Assembly (NCBI GenBank): GCA_963743855.1 | Contig: CAVURK010000006.1 | Coordinates: forward strand, 1,141,119 to 1,205,118 | Source of the DNA: an uncultured Chloroflexia bacterium | GTDB taxonomy: Bacteria > Chloroflexota > Limnocylindria > Limnocylindrales > CSP1-4 | DNA: 64,000 nt | Direction: 5' to 3' | Shown here: positions 51,401 through 60,946 of the stretch, piece after piece | Numbering within the stretch: position 1 is the stretch's first letter | Layout: each line of letters opens with the position of its first letter | Made by a program: the position numbers and the translations under genes | Notes under the pieces: model-generated | Told to the model about the DNA's origin: nothing | The model's database searches: none | What the model saw: the letters and a program-made list of their open reading frames with translations, nothing else

Positions 51401-51595
51401 CGGATCCGGGCCCGCTGGCCCGATCGGCCGCTCCGGATCGTGGCGATGACCGCCAACGCGATGGAAGGCGACCGCGAGACGTGCCTGGCGGCCGGCATGG
51501 ACGACTACGTCTCGAAGCCGATCCGCCCCGACGAGCTGGCCGCGGCGCCTGACCGCGCGCACCATCGGCCGCGTGAGGGGGCTGCGGCGACGTGA
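48438..51595 (+). pseudogene. hybrid sensor histidine kinase (TM, extracytoplasmic sensor, HAMP, PAS, HisKA, HATPase_c, two receiver domains), at least 10 frame changes
   Basis: Recovered across all three + frames: LVAYFLLLSTVTV; FILDLDGTI and [54 protein letters not shown]; [44 protein letters not shown]; [25 protein letters not shown]; [21 protein letters not shown]; [10 protein letters not shown]; [20 protein letters not shown]; [28 protein letters not shown]; DVVLMDVQMPELDG..DDYVSKPIRPDEL. The start and gene boundaries are approximate. Confidence 0.75.
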
Positions 51596-51956
51596 CAGAC
51601 GATCGGCTCGTGGTCGACCCGGCGGCCCTCGACCGCCTCCTGGAGATGACCGGCGGCGATCCGGAGTTCGTGCGCGAGCTGATCGACGACCTACCTGGAG
51701 GACGCCGCCATCCAGCTCGACGCGATGCGCGACGCCGCCGCCGCCGGGCGACGCCGACGCGCTGGTCAGGCCGGCCCATTCGCTCAAGTCGAACAGCGCG
51801 AGCATGGGCGCCGACCACCTTGCGGATCTGTGCCGTGCGCTCGAGGCCGACGCGCGCGCCGGCCAGCTCGACGGTGCCGCGGAGCGGGTCGCCGAGGCCA
51901 CCGCGGAGTTCGCTCTCGTCCGCGATGCCCTCACCGGGGCGATGTCGGCCCCATGA
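51592..51956 (+). pseudogene. Hpt (histidine phosphotransfer) domain protein, about 2 frame changes
   Basis: GTG 51592 overlaps the preceding stop (GTGA). LLEMTGGDPEFVRELIDD is in one frame and ALVRPAHSLKSNSASMGADHLADLCRALE in another. The stop at 51954-51956 overlaps the next ATG (ATGA). It could alternatively be the C-terminal domain of the kinase. Confidence 0.65.
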
Positions 51957-52671
51957 CGCGACGGCGGTCGCGTCCTCGTCGTCGACGACGAGCGGCTCAA
52001 CCGGGCCATCCTCCGTTCCGCACTCAAGACGCAGGGCCACGAGGTCGTCGAGGCCGCGGACGGCCGCGAGGCGCTCGACCGGCTCGCCGAGGGACCGGTC
52101 GACGTCGTCCTGCTCGACATCGTGATGCCGGTCCTCGACGGCTACGCGACCCTCGAGGCGATCAAGGCCGATCCCGGCATTGCGCCACCTGCCGGTCATC
52201 ATCATCTCGGGCGTCGACGAGGTCGCGAGCGTCGTCCGCTGCATCGAGATGGGCGCCACCGACTACCTGCCGAAGCCGTTCCAGCCGGCAATCCTGCGTG
52301 CCCGACTCGACGCGTCGCTTGCCGCCAAGCGCCTGCGCGACCTCGAGCTCGAGTACCTCGAGCAGGTGTCACGCGTCACGGGTGCCGCGGCGGCGCTCGA
52401 GGCCGGCGAGGCCGATCTCAGTGGCCTCGATTCGGTCGCGGCCCGCGACGACGCGCTCGGCGTGCTCGCCCGGCGGTTCGAGAGCATGGCCCGCGAGGTC
52501 GTCGCCCGCGAGGCACGCCTGCGCGATCAGGTCCGCGAGCTACGGATCGAGATCGATCACGTGCGCGAGGCCCAGCAGGTCGCCGAGATCACCGAGACGG
52601 ACTTCTTCCGCGACCTCAGCGGCCGAGCGGCCGAGCTGCGCCGGATCATGCGAGACGGCGACCCATCCTGA
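51953..52671 (+). pseudogene. response regulator: receiver domain + ~120-aa coiled-coil C-terminal region, about 2 frame changes
   Basis: RVLVVDDERLNRAILRSALKTQGHEVVEAADGREALDRL...DVVLLDIVMPVLDG is in one frame. LPVIIISGVDEVASVVRCIEMGATDYLPKPF...RELRIEIDHVREAQQVAEITETDFFRDL is in ORF 52180..52671. Frame changes fall near 51960 and 52188. Confidence 0.75.
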
Positions 52672-52708
52672 TCGCCGGTCGCGGCGGACGCGCAGGCGTC
52701 GGCGGCCG

Positions 52709-53466
52709 TCACCAGGCGACCCGCCCGGCGAGGGCCATCGCGCTGCGAAGCGGCTCGTAGTCCGCGGCCGAGGCCGCGACGATCGCATCGAGCCCCGACG
52801 GTGTCGATCCCATCAGCCCGGCCGCGATCGCGCGACGGACGTCCGGATCGAATGCCCGCGACACCGAGAACGGTGGCGCCGGGTGGTCCCGCGTCCTGGT
52901 CACGACCTGCAGCTCCCGCGCTCGGACATCACGGGCGACTTGCTGCGTCCCAGACGGACGAGTCGATGGCCGCACAGTCGGCGTCGCCGGCCTCGACGGC
53001 AGTCGATCGAGGCCCGGTGGCTGCCCGTCTCGGTGACCGACCCGAAGAACGGGTCGAACCGCCCGGCCTCGGCCAGGTGGACGCGCAGAGCGTGGTAGCC
53101 CGACCACGAGCCGGTCCCGTTGATGGCCAGCCGGGTCCCCTCGAGGTCATCGAGAGTGGCCGCGCGGATCTCCGGACGGGCGACCACCACCGATCGGTAG
53201 ACGGCGCGCGACTCGCCGGGAAAGACCGGTGCAGCGACGATCTCTGCGTCGAAGCGACCGCTGTCGACGAGCTCGATCGTCGCCAGCCCACACAGCCACA
53301 CGACGTGCGCGGTCCCCGTGTCGACGGCGGCGATGAAGTCGCGCCATGTGGGCGCCAGCTCGCCTGCGAGGTCGATCCCGATCTCGGCGGTCAGGCGATC
53401 ACCGAGCTCGCGGACGATCGGCACGGTGTTCGGTCCGAGAAACGAGAGGAACGGGGCTCCGCTCAC
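52709..53466 (-). pseudogene. PhnD/SsuA-like periplasmic-binding-fold protein without signal peptide, about 2 frame changes
   Basis: GTG 53466 begins VSGAPFLSFLGPNTVPIVRELGDRLTAEIGIDL...AHVVWLCGL...LAINGTGSWSGYHALRVHL in ORF 52900..53661. AVEAGDADCAAIDSSVWD is in ORF 52929. VVTRTRDHPAPPFSVSRAFDPDVRRAIAAGL runs to the stop in ORF 52709..53107. Confidence 0.65.
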
Positions 53467-53611
53467 GGGTCGCACTATACGTCCCCGATTCGGGGGTTGC
53501 GACGAAGCGGTGACGAAATAGCCATACCGATTTCCGGCGTCGCGCAGGTATGCTGCGTGGCCTTGAAGCCGGTTCGGTCCGTCGACCGAGGCATCCGGCG
53601 AAAACGAGGGA

Positions 53612-54449
53612 GTGGGATTGCCCGTTTCGGGCGGCCTCAGGGCCGCGCTCGTCGCCGTCATCGTCGTGCTCGCGGCCCTGCCGGCCGCGGGCGTTGACGC
53701 GTCGACGAGCGCCGGAACGGGCTCCTCGCGACCGACGACGGGGCCCGTCTACGACATCTCGTGGCCCCAGTGCGATGGCCCCTACCCCGTCGACCTCGGC
53801 ATTCGGCATCGTCGGGGTGAACCGCGGGATCGTCTTCAGCCCGAACCCGTGCCTGGCGAGCGAGCTGACCTGGGCCGGCGGCACGGACGCCGGACTCTAC
53901 GCAAACACGGCCAACCCGGGACCCGCCGTGTCGACCCATTGGCCGATCGGCCAGACAGGCCCACAGGCCTGCTCGGCCGATGACCCGGACAGCGCGGCGT
54001 GTGCCTACGACTACGGCTACAACGCGGCGGCCGACTCCTACACCGACGCCGTCGCCGCGTTCAGCGTTGCCGGCCTGACGCGGAGCCCAGCCGGCAGCGC
54101 GTGGTGGCTCGACGTCGAGATCTCGAACAGCTGGCGGTCCGACGTCTCGCTCAACGTCGCCGCGCTGTCGGGTGCCGTCAACTACCTGAGGGACGTCGTC
54201 CACGTCGCCTCGCTCGGCTTCTATTCGACGAGCTACCAGTGGGGCGTGATCACCGGCGGGACGACCGCCTTCAGCGCGCACCCGAGCTGGGTCGCGGGGG
54301 CGGCCGACGCGGCGGGCGCGAGCGCGAGCTGCGCCGGTCCCGGGTTCACCGGGGGCGGCGTCGCTCTCGCTCAATACCAGTCGGGCGGGTTCGACGCGAA
54401 CGTTCGCTGTCCGGCCCCGGCGGCGCTCGGCTCGAACCCCGCGCAGTAG
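53612..54449 (+). pseudogene. secreted glycoside-hydrolase-like (DUF1906/GH25-like TIM barrel) protein, frame interrupted near 53798
   Basis: Signal peptide LRAALVAVIVVLAALPAAGVDA and YDISWPQCDGPYP are in ORF 53612. AFGIVGVNRGIVFSPNPCLASEL...AWWLDVEISNSW...GFYSTSYQWGVITG...VALAQYQ is in ORF 53550..54449. Confidence 0.65.
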
Positions 54450-54462
54450 CGACGCCCTCGCC

Positions 54463-55654
54463 TCAGTCGACGAACACCAACGGCTCGATCCCTGCGAGCG
54501 GCCCGTCGGGCTTCGGCGCGGGGAGCTCGGGCTCGGGACCGCGGTCCGCGTCGCGGGCCGCCAGCTCGGCGTCGAGCTGGGCGACCAGGCTCGGGAGCCC
54601 CGACTCCAGCGCCGCCCCGTACGCCGGCCCGATCACCTTCATCAGCTCCTTCTCGCGCTTGGTCTTCGGTGGCGCATAGCGGAAGTGGATCGTCGTGCCG
54701 GTCGTCGTCGGCTCGAACTCGACGGTGTGGAGCAGCTTGATCGGCCCGGTCGGGCGTCTCGAGGACCGTGCGGTCGGTGACGTAGTCGTACGGCCGCCAG
54801 TCGAGGATCTCCTCGACGACCGCGTCCTTGCCGTGCATGCAGTGGTTGGCCGAGCCGGGGCCGCGCCGGCCGCCGGTCGCGCCCTCGACGGACACCTCGG
54901 TGACCCACGGCTGCCACGACATCCGCTGCCCGGGCTTCGTGATGAACTCCCAGGCGACCTGCGGCGGGACGTCGGTCGGGACGGACACGATCGAGGATCG
55001 ACTCCTCGGGGGCGACGAAGACGCGACCGCGCGCCTCCTCCTCGAGCCAGCGACCCTCGAGATCGAGCACCCAGCCCGGCACGTCGCCGATCCGGTCGTA
55101 GGTCTCGGTGTGCGCCCGCATCCCGAGCGCGACGGGGTCGAGCCCGGCGGCGTCGATGCACGCCTGGCTGATCAGCGCGTACGCCTCGATGCCCAGCGTC
55201 TCGACCACGTCGTTCTTGAGCAGCCGATGGACGACGATCACGTCCGACCCGACGAGCTCCTGCTGGCCGGCGACCTTGTGCTGGATCGCCGTGCCGAAGT
55301 GGACGACGAACTTGAGGTCGAGATCGGGGATCCGCGAGCACGCGTTGCACTCGCAGGACGTCGCCTGGCGGACGTCGCGCCGACGCCGCCGGAACCCGAA
55401 GTAGCAGCGCTCGATGGTGTCGAGCAGCATCGAGCCGTCGACCGGGCTCTCGACACTTTGGCCGCCATCGACATGAACGCCGCGTCGCCCTCGAGCTTGG
55501 CCAGCCGGAAGTCGGGCCGGAGGGCGCTGACGACGGCGCCGACCAGGTCCGCCAGGATGTCCTGCGCGTGGTCGAGCTCGACATCGGCCAGGTAGCCGGT
55601 GTACCCGGAGATGTCGGCGATCAGGAAGCAGGTCGGCTGTGGGGTCGAGAGCAT
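54463..55654 (-). pseudogene. DUF2652-like domain fused to an SRPBCC domain, about 3 frame changes
   Basis: MLSTPQPTCFLIADISGYTGYLADVELDHAQDILADLVGAVV..FRLAKLEGDAAF is in ORF 55238..55654. CYFGFRRRRRDV...LKFVVHFGTAIQHKVAGQQELVGSDVIVVHRLLKN is in ORF 54642. PPQVAWEFITKPGQRMSWQPWV...EEILDWRPYDYVTDRTV is in ORF 54371. IKLLHTVEFEPTTTGTTIHFRY runs to the stop in ORF 54463. Confidence 0.65.
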
Positions 55655-55884
55655 CGGTCCTCGCCGGTGGGATTTCGCGCCCTACAGTACGCCCCGTCGT
55701 GTCGTGCGGAATGGTGCGCCGGGGCGACGCGAAATGCGGTTTTGGCTGGTATCCGAATGACCGGAAGCGGCGTAGACTCGGACCCGGAGCACGGTCCGAA
55801 TGCCCAGACGCCATCGCCCGTGGCGTCGTCGAGGCCGGGCTCTGTCGGCAGCCGTTCGACGGGAACGGCGCCGAGGGGGAGTCG

Positions 55885-56745
55885 GTGGACGCACAGAGCC
55901 GACGCGCGACGGTCGAGTCGACGGACCGCGGTCCGCGACAGGCGACGCCCTCGACTGGCGAGCACCCGGCGAACGCCGTGCAGCGCTGGGCCAACGACCG
56001 CGTCTGGGCAGGTGGCCGCCACGTCGGGACGTACGCGAACCGCCGTCTGCGACCCGTCGAGATCGAGATCCTGGTGCGCTACAGGGACGCCTGTCCGGCC
56101 GGGTCCTCGAGCTCGGCAGCGGCGCGGGTCGGCTGACCGGCTACCTGGCCTCCATCGCTCGATCCGTCCATGGGATCGACCTCTCCGAGCAGATGGTCGC
56201 CTATAGCCGCGCTCGCTATCCGGCGGCGTCGTTCGCGCAGGGCGACATGCGTGACCCCGAGGCCTTCGGCGCGCAGCCATGGGACGCGATCGTCGCCGGC
56301 TTCAACCTCCTGGACGTCCTCGTGCGACGCGGAGCGCCAGACGCTCCTCGATCGGATCCACGACGCACTGTCACCGGGCGGCACCTTCGTGATGTCGACG
56401 CACAATCGCGGCGTGGCCGCCCACCTCGGCGACCCGCTGCGACTCAGCGGCATGTCGCTCCCGGTCGCTCTCTGGACCATGGCTCGCCTCCCGCGTCGGT
56501 GGCTCAATCGGCGGCGGATCGTCCGCTTCGAGCGGCACGAGCCGACCTACGCGATCCTCAACGACGTCGGGCACGACTTCTCGGTCATGCACTACTACAG
56601 CACCCGCGACGCACAGGTCCGGCAGTTCGAGGCGCACGGCTTCGAGGTGCTCGCCTGCCTCGACCTCGACGGCGAGCCGGTCGGGCCGGGCGAGCTCGCG
56701 GAGCAGTGCTCCGAGCTCCATTACGTGGTGAGGCGAGTCGGCTGA
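55885..56745 (+). pseudogene. class I SAM-dependent methyltransferase, about 2 frame changes
   Basis: GTG 55885 follows GAGGGGGA. RLRPVEIEILVRYRDA is in ORF 55639. GRVLELGSGAGRLTGYLASIARSVHGIDLSEQMV...FAQGDMRD is in ORF 55800. LLDRIHDALSPGGTFVMSTHN runs to the stop in ORF 56170..56745. Confidence 0.7.
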
Positions 56746-56809
56746 GGACTCAAGGCCCCTTGCACTCATCGCGCACCCGTGGCCATTCGGGTGCCGCCCG
56801 TACCGTAGG

Positions 56810-58414
56810 ATGCAGCGCATGACATCGACCGCGAGCGCCCAAGCCCCCGTCGAGGAAGCCGCCGACCGACGACTTCCGATCCTGCTGGCGATGGCGATGT
56901 TCGTCCTCGTCGTCGACACCTCGATCATGAACGTGTCGATCTCGGCGGTCGTCAAAGAGCTCAACACGACGGTCAGCAGCGTCCAGTCGGCGATCGCGCT
57001 CGAGGCCCTGGTCTCCGCCGCGTTCATCCTCATCGGCAGCAAGGTCGGCGACCTCATCGGGCGCAAGCGGGCCTACACGCTGGGATTGCTGGCCTACGCG
57101 GTCGGCGCCCTGGCGATGGGCCTGGCCCAGAGCGTCACCGCGATCTTCATCTTCTGGGCCGTGATCGGCGGCCTCGGCGCCTCGCTCCTGCTGCCGGCCA
57201 TGCAGTCGCTGATCCACGGCAACTTCGAGGGAGACGCCCAGAAGCGGACGTACGCCCTGGTCGGTGCGGCCGCCGCCATCGCCGCCGCGGTCGGGCCGCT
57301 GCTCGGTGGCTTCATCACGACCTTCCTGTCCTACCGCGTCGCGTTCCTGCTGGAGGTCGTGGTCATCGCGGTCGTCCTGTCGGGGCTCAGGCTCATCAAG
57401 GACGTGCCCTACACGGGCGATCGGAGCGTCGACGTGGTCGGGGCGGTCCTGTCCGTCTTCGGCATGGGCGGTCTCGTGCTGGGCATCCTTGCCTGGCAGG
57501 AAGGCGCCGAGGCCGTCGGTCTCCTGCTGGCGATCGGCGTCGTCTCGTTGCTGCTCTTCGCGGTCTGGCTCGTTCGCAGCAAGAAGGCAGGCCGGCCGAC
57601 CCTGATCGACCCCGATCTCTTCACGTCGAAGCTGTTCACGCTCGGGATCTCCGGGCAGCTGCTCCAGCAGATCGCGCTCGGTGGCGCGATGATCACGCTG
57701 CCGATCTACCTGCAGATGGTCCTCGAGTACAACGCGCTGCAGGCCGGCCTCTCCCTTGCGCCGTTGTCGCTGAGCATGTTCGCGACCGCGCTTCTCGCGG
57801 CCAAGCGAGCCGGCAATCGCCGCCCCGCGAGCATCATCCGCGCAGGGTTCCTGCTGCTGCTGATCGGCATGCTGGTGCTGGTCCCGATCATCCCGCGCGT
57901 CGACGCCGGCTGGTACCTGGCACTGCCGCTGGTGATCGCCGGGATCGGTCTCGGGCTGCTCGTCTCGCAGCTGAACAACTACACCCTGGCGCCGATCGAG
58001 GAAGAGCGGGTCAGCGAGGCCGCCGGCGTGAACTCGGCCGGTGGGTCGTTCGGGCTGTCGTTCGGCCTGGCGTTCGCCGGCGCGATCATGCTCGCCACGC
58101 TCGCCTTCAGCTTCACGAACCTGGCGGAACAGAGCACGGTCCTCTCCCCGACCGAGCAGCAGGTCGTGGCCGACGCGCTCGAGAACGACGCGCAGGTCAT
58201 GACCAACACCGACCTGGCCGCCGCGCTCGTCGGCCAGCCGCCCGAGGTCCAGGCCGAGATCATCCGGATCAACACGGAGGCTCGACCGATCTCCCTCCAG
58301 GTGGCGCTGCTCATCCCGATCATCGCCAGCCTGCTCGGGCTCCTGAACTCGTTCCGGATGATCAAGCAGCCGGATCCGGTCTCGGCCGGCATCGAAGGGC
58401 TCGTGATTGCCTGA
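56810..58414 (+). CDS. MFS transporter, DHA2 (EmrB/QacA-like, 14-TMS) family
   Basis: Intact 534-aa ORF: LLAMAMFVLVVDTSIMNVSISAVV...GSKVGDLIGRKRAY...IGGLGASLLLPAMQSLI...GPLLGGFITTFLSYRVAF. There are many further TM helices. Confidence 0.9.
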   Translation: MQRMTSTASAQAPVEEAADRRLPILLAMAMFVLVVDTSIMNVSISAVVKELNTTVSSVQSAIALEALVSAAFILIGSKVGDLIGRKRAYTLGLLAYAVGALAMGLAQSVTAIFIFWAVIGGLGASLLLPAMQSLIHGNFEGDAQKRTYALVGAAAAIAAAVGPLLGGFITTFLSYRVAFLLEVVVIAVVLSGLRLIKDVPYTGDRSVDVVGAVLSVFGMGGLVLGILAWQEGAEAVGLLLAIGVVSLLLFAVWLVRSKKAGRPTLIDPDLFTSKLFTLGISGQLLQQIALGGAMITLPIYLQMVLEYNALQAGLSLAPLSLSMFATALLAAKRAGNRRPASIIRAGFLLLLIGMLVLVPIIPRVDAGWYLALPLVIAGIGLGLLVSQLNNYTLAPIEEERVSEAAGVNSAGGSFGLSFGLAFAGAIMLATLAFSFTNLAEQSTVLSPTEQQVVADALENDAQVMTNTDLAAALVGQPPEVQAEIIRINTEARPISLQVALLIPIIASLLGLLNSFRMIKQPDPVSAGIEGLVIA

Positions 58415-58457
58415 GGCTCGGCCTCGCCCGTGCGTCTGATGCCAGGCCGGGTCACGG

Positions 58458-59071
58458 ATGCGCCGCGTGTGGTCGACGGGCTTCGCGCTCGTCGCTCGGG
58501 GTCGCGCTCGCGGCCTGCGCCAGCGCGGCGCCATCAGGGTCGCTGACGTCATCGGTCGGTGTCGGCGCGAGCCCGTCCGCAGTCGAGCGCGACTCCGACC
58601 GCGGTCGGCGCGAGCGCGTCCGCGGTCGGCGCGAGCCCGTCACCGGCCGGATCGCCGTCGCTCGCGGCGACCGGCAGCTTCTTCGCCGTCTCCGTCGCAG
58701 ACCTTCGCGCGAGCGAGGCGTGGTACACGGAGAAGCTCGGCATGGAATCGGCGCTTCAGCTGCCTCCCGCGAACGGGATCTCCGTGGCCCTGCTCAAGGG
58801 CCAGGGGCTGACCGTCGAGCTGATCCACCAGGACACGGGAGTCTCGCTGCAGTCGATCGCGCCGACGATCACCGACAGGACGCTGCTGCACGGGATCGTC
58901 AAGGCGGGCGTCATCGTCGACGACCTCGACGCCACCGTCGCCTGGCTCCACGACCGGAACGTGCCGATCGCGTTCGGGCCGTTTCCCGCCACGACCGAGC
59001 AGCCGGCGAACCTGATCATCGCCGACAACGAGGGCAACCTGATCCAGTTCATCGCTCGCATAGAGGGCTAG
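58458..59071 (+). pseudogene. VOC-family (glyoxalase-fold) lipoprotein, about 2 frame changes in the signal/linker region
   Basis: ATG 58458 gives MRRVWSTGFALVA. The next frame gives GVALAACASAAPSG (lipobox). ORF 58559 gives a repeat-rich linker (AVGASASAVGASPSPAGS) and then the VOC domain FFAVSVADLRASEAWYTEKLGM...VAWLHDRNVPIAFGP...IADNEGNLIQF. Confidence 0.65.
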
Positions 59072-59081
59072 AGTCCCGGTC

Positions 59082-60281
59082 ATGGAGACCTACGACCTGG
59101 CCGAGGCTGCCCAGCGGATCGGCATCAGCGACGACGAGCTCCGCCGGTTCGTCGAGCTGGGGATCGTGACGCCGGTCGATGGCGACCGATTCACACCCGG
59201 ACACCTGCGCCGCGCCGGCGCTCGTCCAGGCGCTCGTCGCATCGGGGATCCCGCTCGACGGCCTGGGCGAAGCCGTTCGCAGCGGCCAGCTCTGGCTCGA
59301 CTTCCTCGACGCGCCCGCGTTCGAGCGGTTCTCGTCGCTCAGCGGGGAGACGTTCGGGCGGCTGGCCGAGCAGACCGGGCTACCGATCGAGCTCCTCCTC
59401 TTCATCCGCGAAGCCGCGGGCTCCGCCGCTCCAGCTCCGGACGATCGCGTCCGTGACGAGGAGCTCCCGTACGTCGACCTCATCGAAACACAATTCCACG
59501 CAGGGTTCCACCCCGCCGCGATCCAGCAGAACATCCGCACCCAGGGCGACAGCCTGCGTCGGATGGCCGAGACGGAGTCGGCCATCTGGGTCTCCGAGGT
59601 GATCGCGCCCGCGACCGCCAAGGGAAAGCGGCCCGACGAGATGCTCGGAGATGACTTCGGCGATCGGCACGCCGTGCTCGGCGAGCGGGCAGTGCTCGCC
59701 ATGTACCGCCTCCAGCAGGCGCGCGCGTGGACCGCCGGGATCATCGACGAGGTCGAGAAGTCGCTGGCGGCGGCCGGGCTCCACAGCCGACTCGAGCATC
59801 CGCCGGCGATGTGCTTCCTCGACATCACCGGCTACACCCGACTCACCCAGGAACAGGGCGACGCGGCCGCCGCCGATCTCGCCGCGACGCTCGGACGGGT
59901 CGTCCAGCGGACCTCGGTCAAGCACGGCGGCCGAGCCGTGAAGTGGCTCGGCGACGGCGTGATGCTGCACTTCCCGAACCCGGGTCGGGCGTGGTCGCCG
60001 CGCTCGAGATGGTCGCGGGCGTGGCCGAGGCAGGATTGCCGCCGGCGCACGTCGGCCTGCACGCGGGCCCGGTGATCTTCCAGGAGGGCGACTACTACGG
60101 CTCGACGGTCAACCTCGCGTCGCGGATCGCCGACTTCGCGAAGGCCGGCGAGGTGATGGTGAGCCAGGCCGTTGTCGAGGCCTCGGCCGGGGCCGGCGTC
60201 GCGTTCCGCGAAGTCGGGCCGGTCGAGCTCAAGAACGTGGCCGGTGCGATGCGGCTGTACGAGGCGTCTCAGCCGGGCTGA
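59082..60281 (+). pseudogene. MerR-type HTH fused to a class III adenylate/guanylate cyclase domain, 2 frame changes (near 59220 and 59985)
   Basis: METYDLAEAAQRIGISDDELRRFVELGIV is in ORF 59082. The middle region and cyclase start AMCFLDITGYTRLTQEQGDAAAADLA...KWLGDGVMLHF are in ORF 59179. GLHAGPVIFQEGDYYGSTVNLASRIADFAKAGEVMVS...GPVELKNVAGAMRLY is in ORF 59727..60281. Confidence 0.75.
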
Positions 60282-60895
60282 GGCTTCGTCAGCAGGGCCA
60301 CCACGGCCACGACGGCGAGGCCGGCGAGCCAGCCACCGACAACGTCACTCGGGTAGTGGACGCCGAGCGCGATCCGCGACAGGCCGATGAGGCCGACCAG
60401 CACGGCCAGGGCGATCGCGACGACCCGACGGACCCAGACCGGCAGGTCGCTGCGCCACACGAGCAGCGCGATCAGGCCGTACGTGACCGTGCCGTTCAGG
60501 GTGTGGCCCGACGGAAAGCTGAACCCCGGCGGCGGAACGGCGGCCCCCTCCGGCGGACGAAGCCGACCGATCGAGACCTTGATGACCTGGGTCCCGAGCG
60601 CAGCACCGAGAAGGGCCGCCCCGTAGATGACCGCGCTCCGGACACGACGCATCGCCAGGAGGGTCACGACGATGCCGATGCCGATCGGGATCAGGATCGT
60701 GCCGCCGGCCTCGGTGATCGCGAGCCAGACGTCCGTCGACACCGGCAGGCCCTTGACGAAGGCGATGACCGGGTCATCGAAGCCGACCGCGCCCTCTTCG
60801 TTGACCACGACGGCCAGGACGACGAACGCGATCGCGCACAGCAGTCCGACCCAGGTCCACGGATCGTTCCGCAGACGAGGCGCTCGATCGATCAC
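60269..60895 (-). CDS. PAP2-family phosphatase (membrane)
   Basis: Intact ORF with the acid phosphatase motifs KVSIGRLRP, PSGH and SRIALGVHYPSDV, plus 5-6 TM helices. Confidence 0.85.
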   Translation of the reverse strand: MIDRAPRLRNDPWTWVGLLCAIAFVVLAVVVNEEGAVGFDDPVIAFVKGLPVSTDVWLAITEAGGTILIPIGIGIVVTLLAMRRVRSAVIYGAALLGAALGTQVIKVSIGRLRPPEGAAVPPPGFSFPSGHTLNGTVTYGLIALLVWRSDLPVWVRRVVAIALAVLVGLIGLSRIALGVHYPSDVVGGWLAGLAVVAVVALLTKPQPG

Positions 60896-60946
60896 GCGCC
60901 GAAGGCTAGCGCAGGCGCGTGGCTTCGGACGGCGGAGGCAGGTTCC

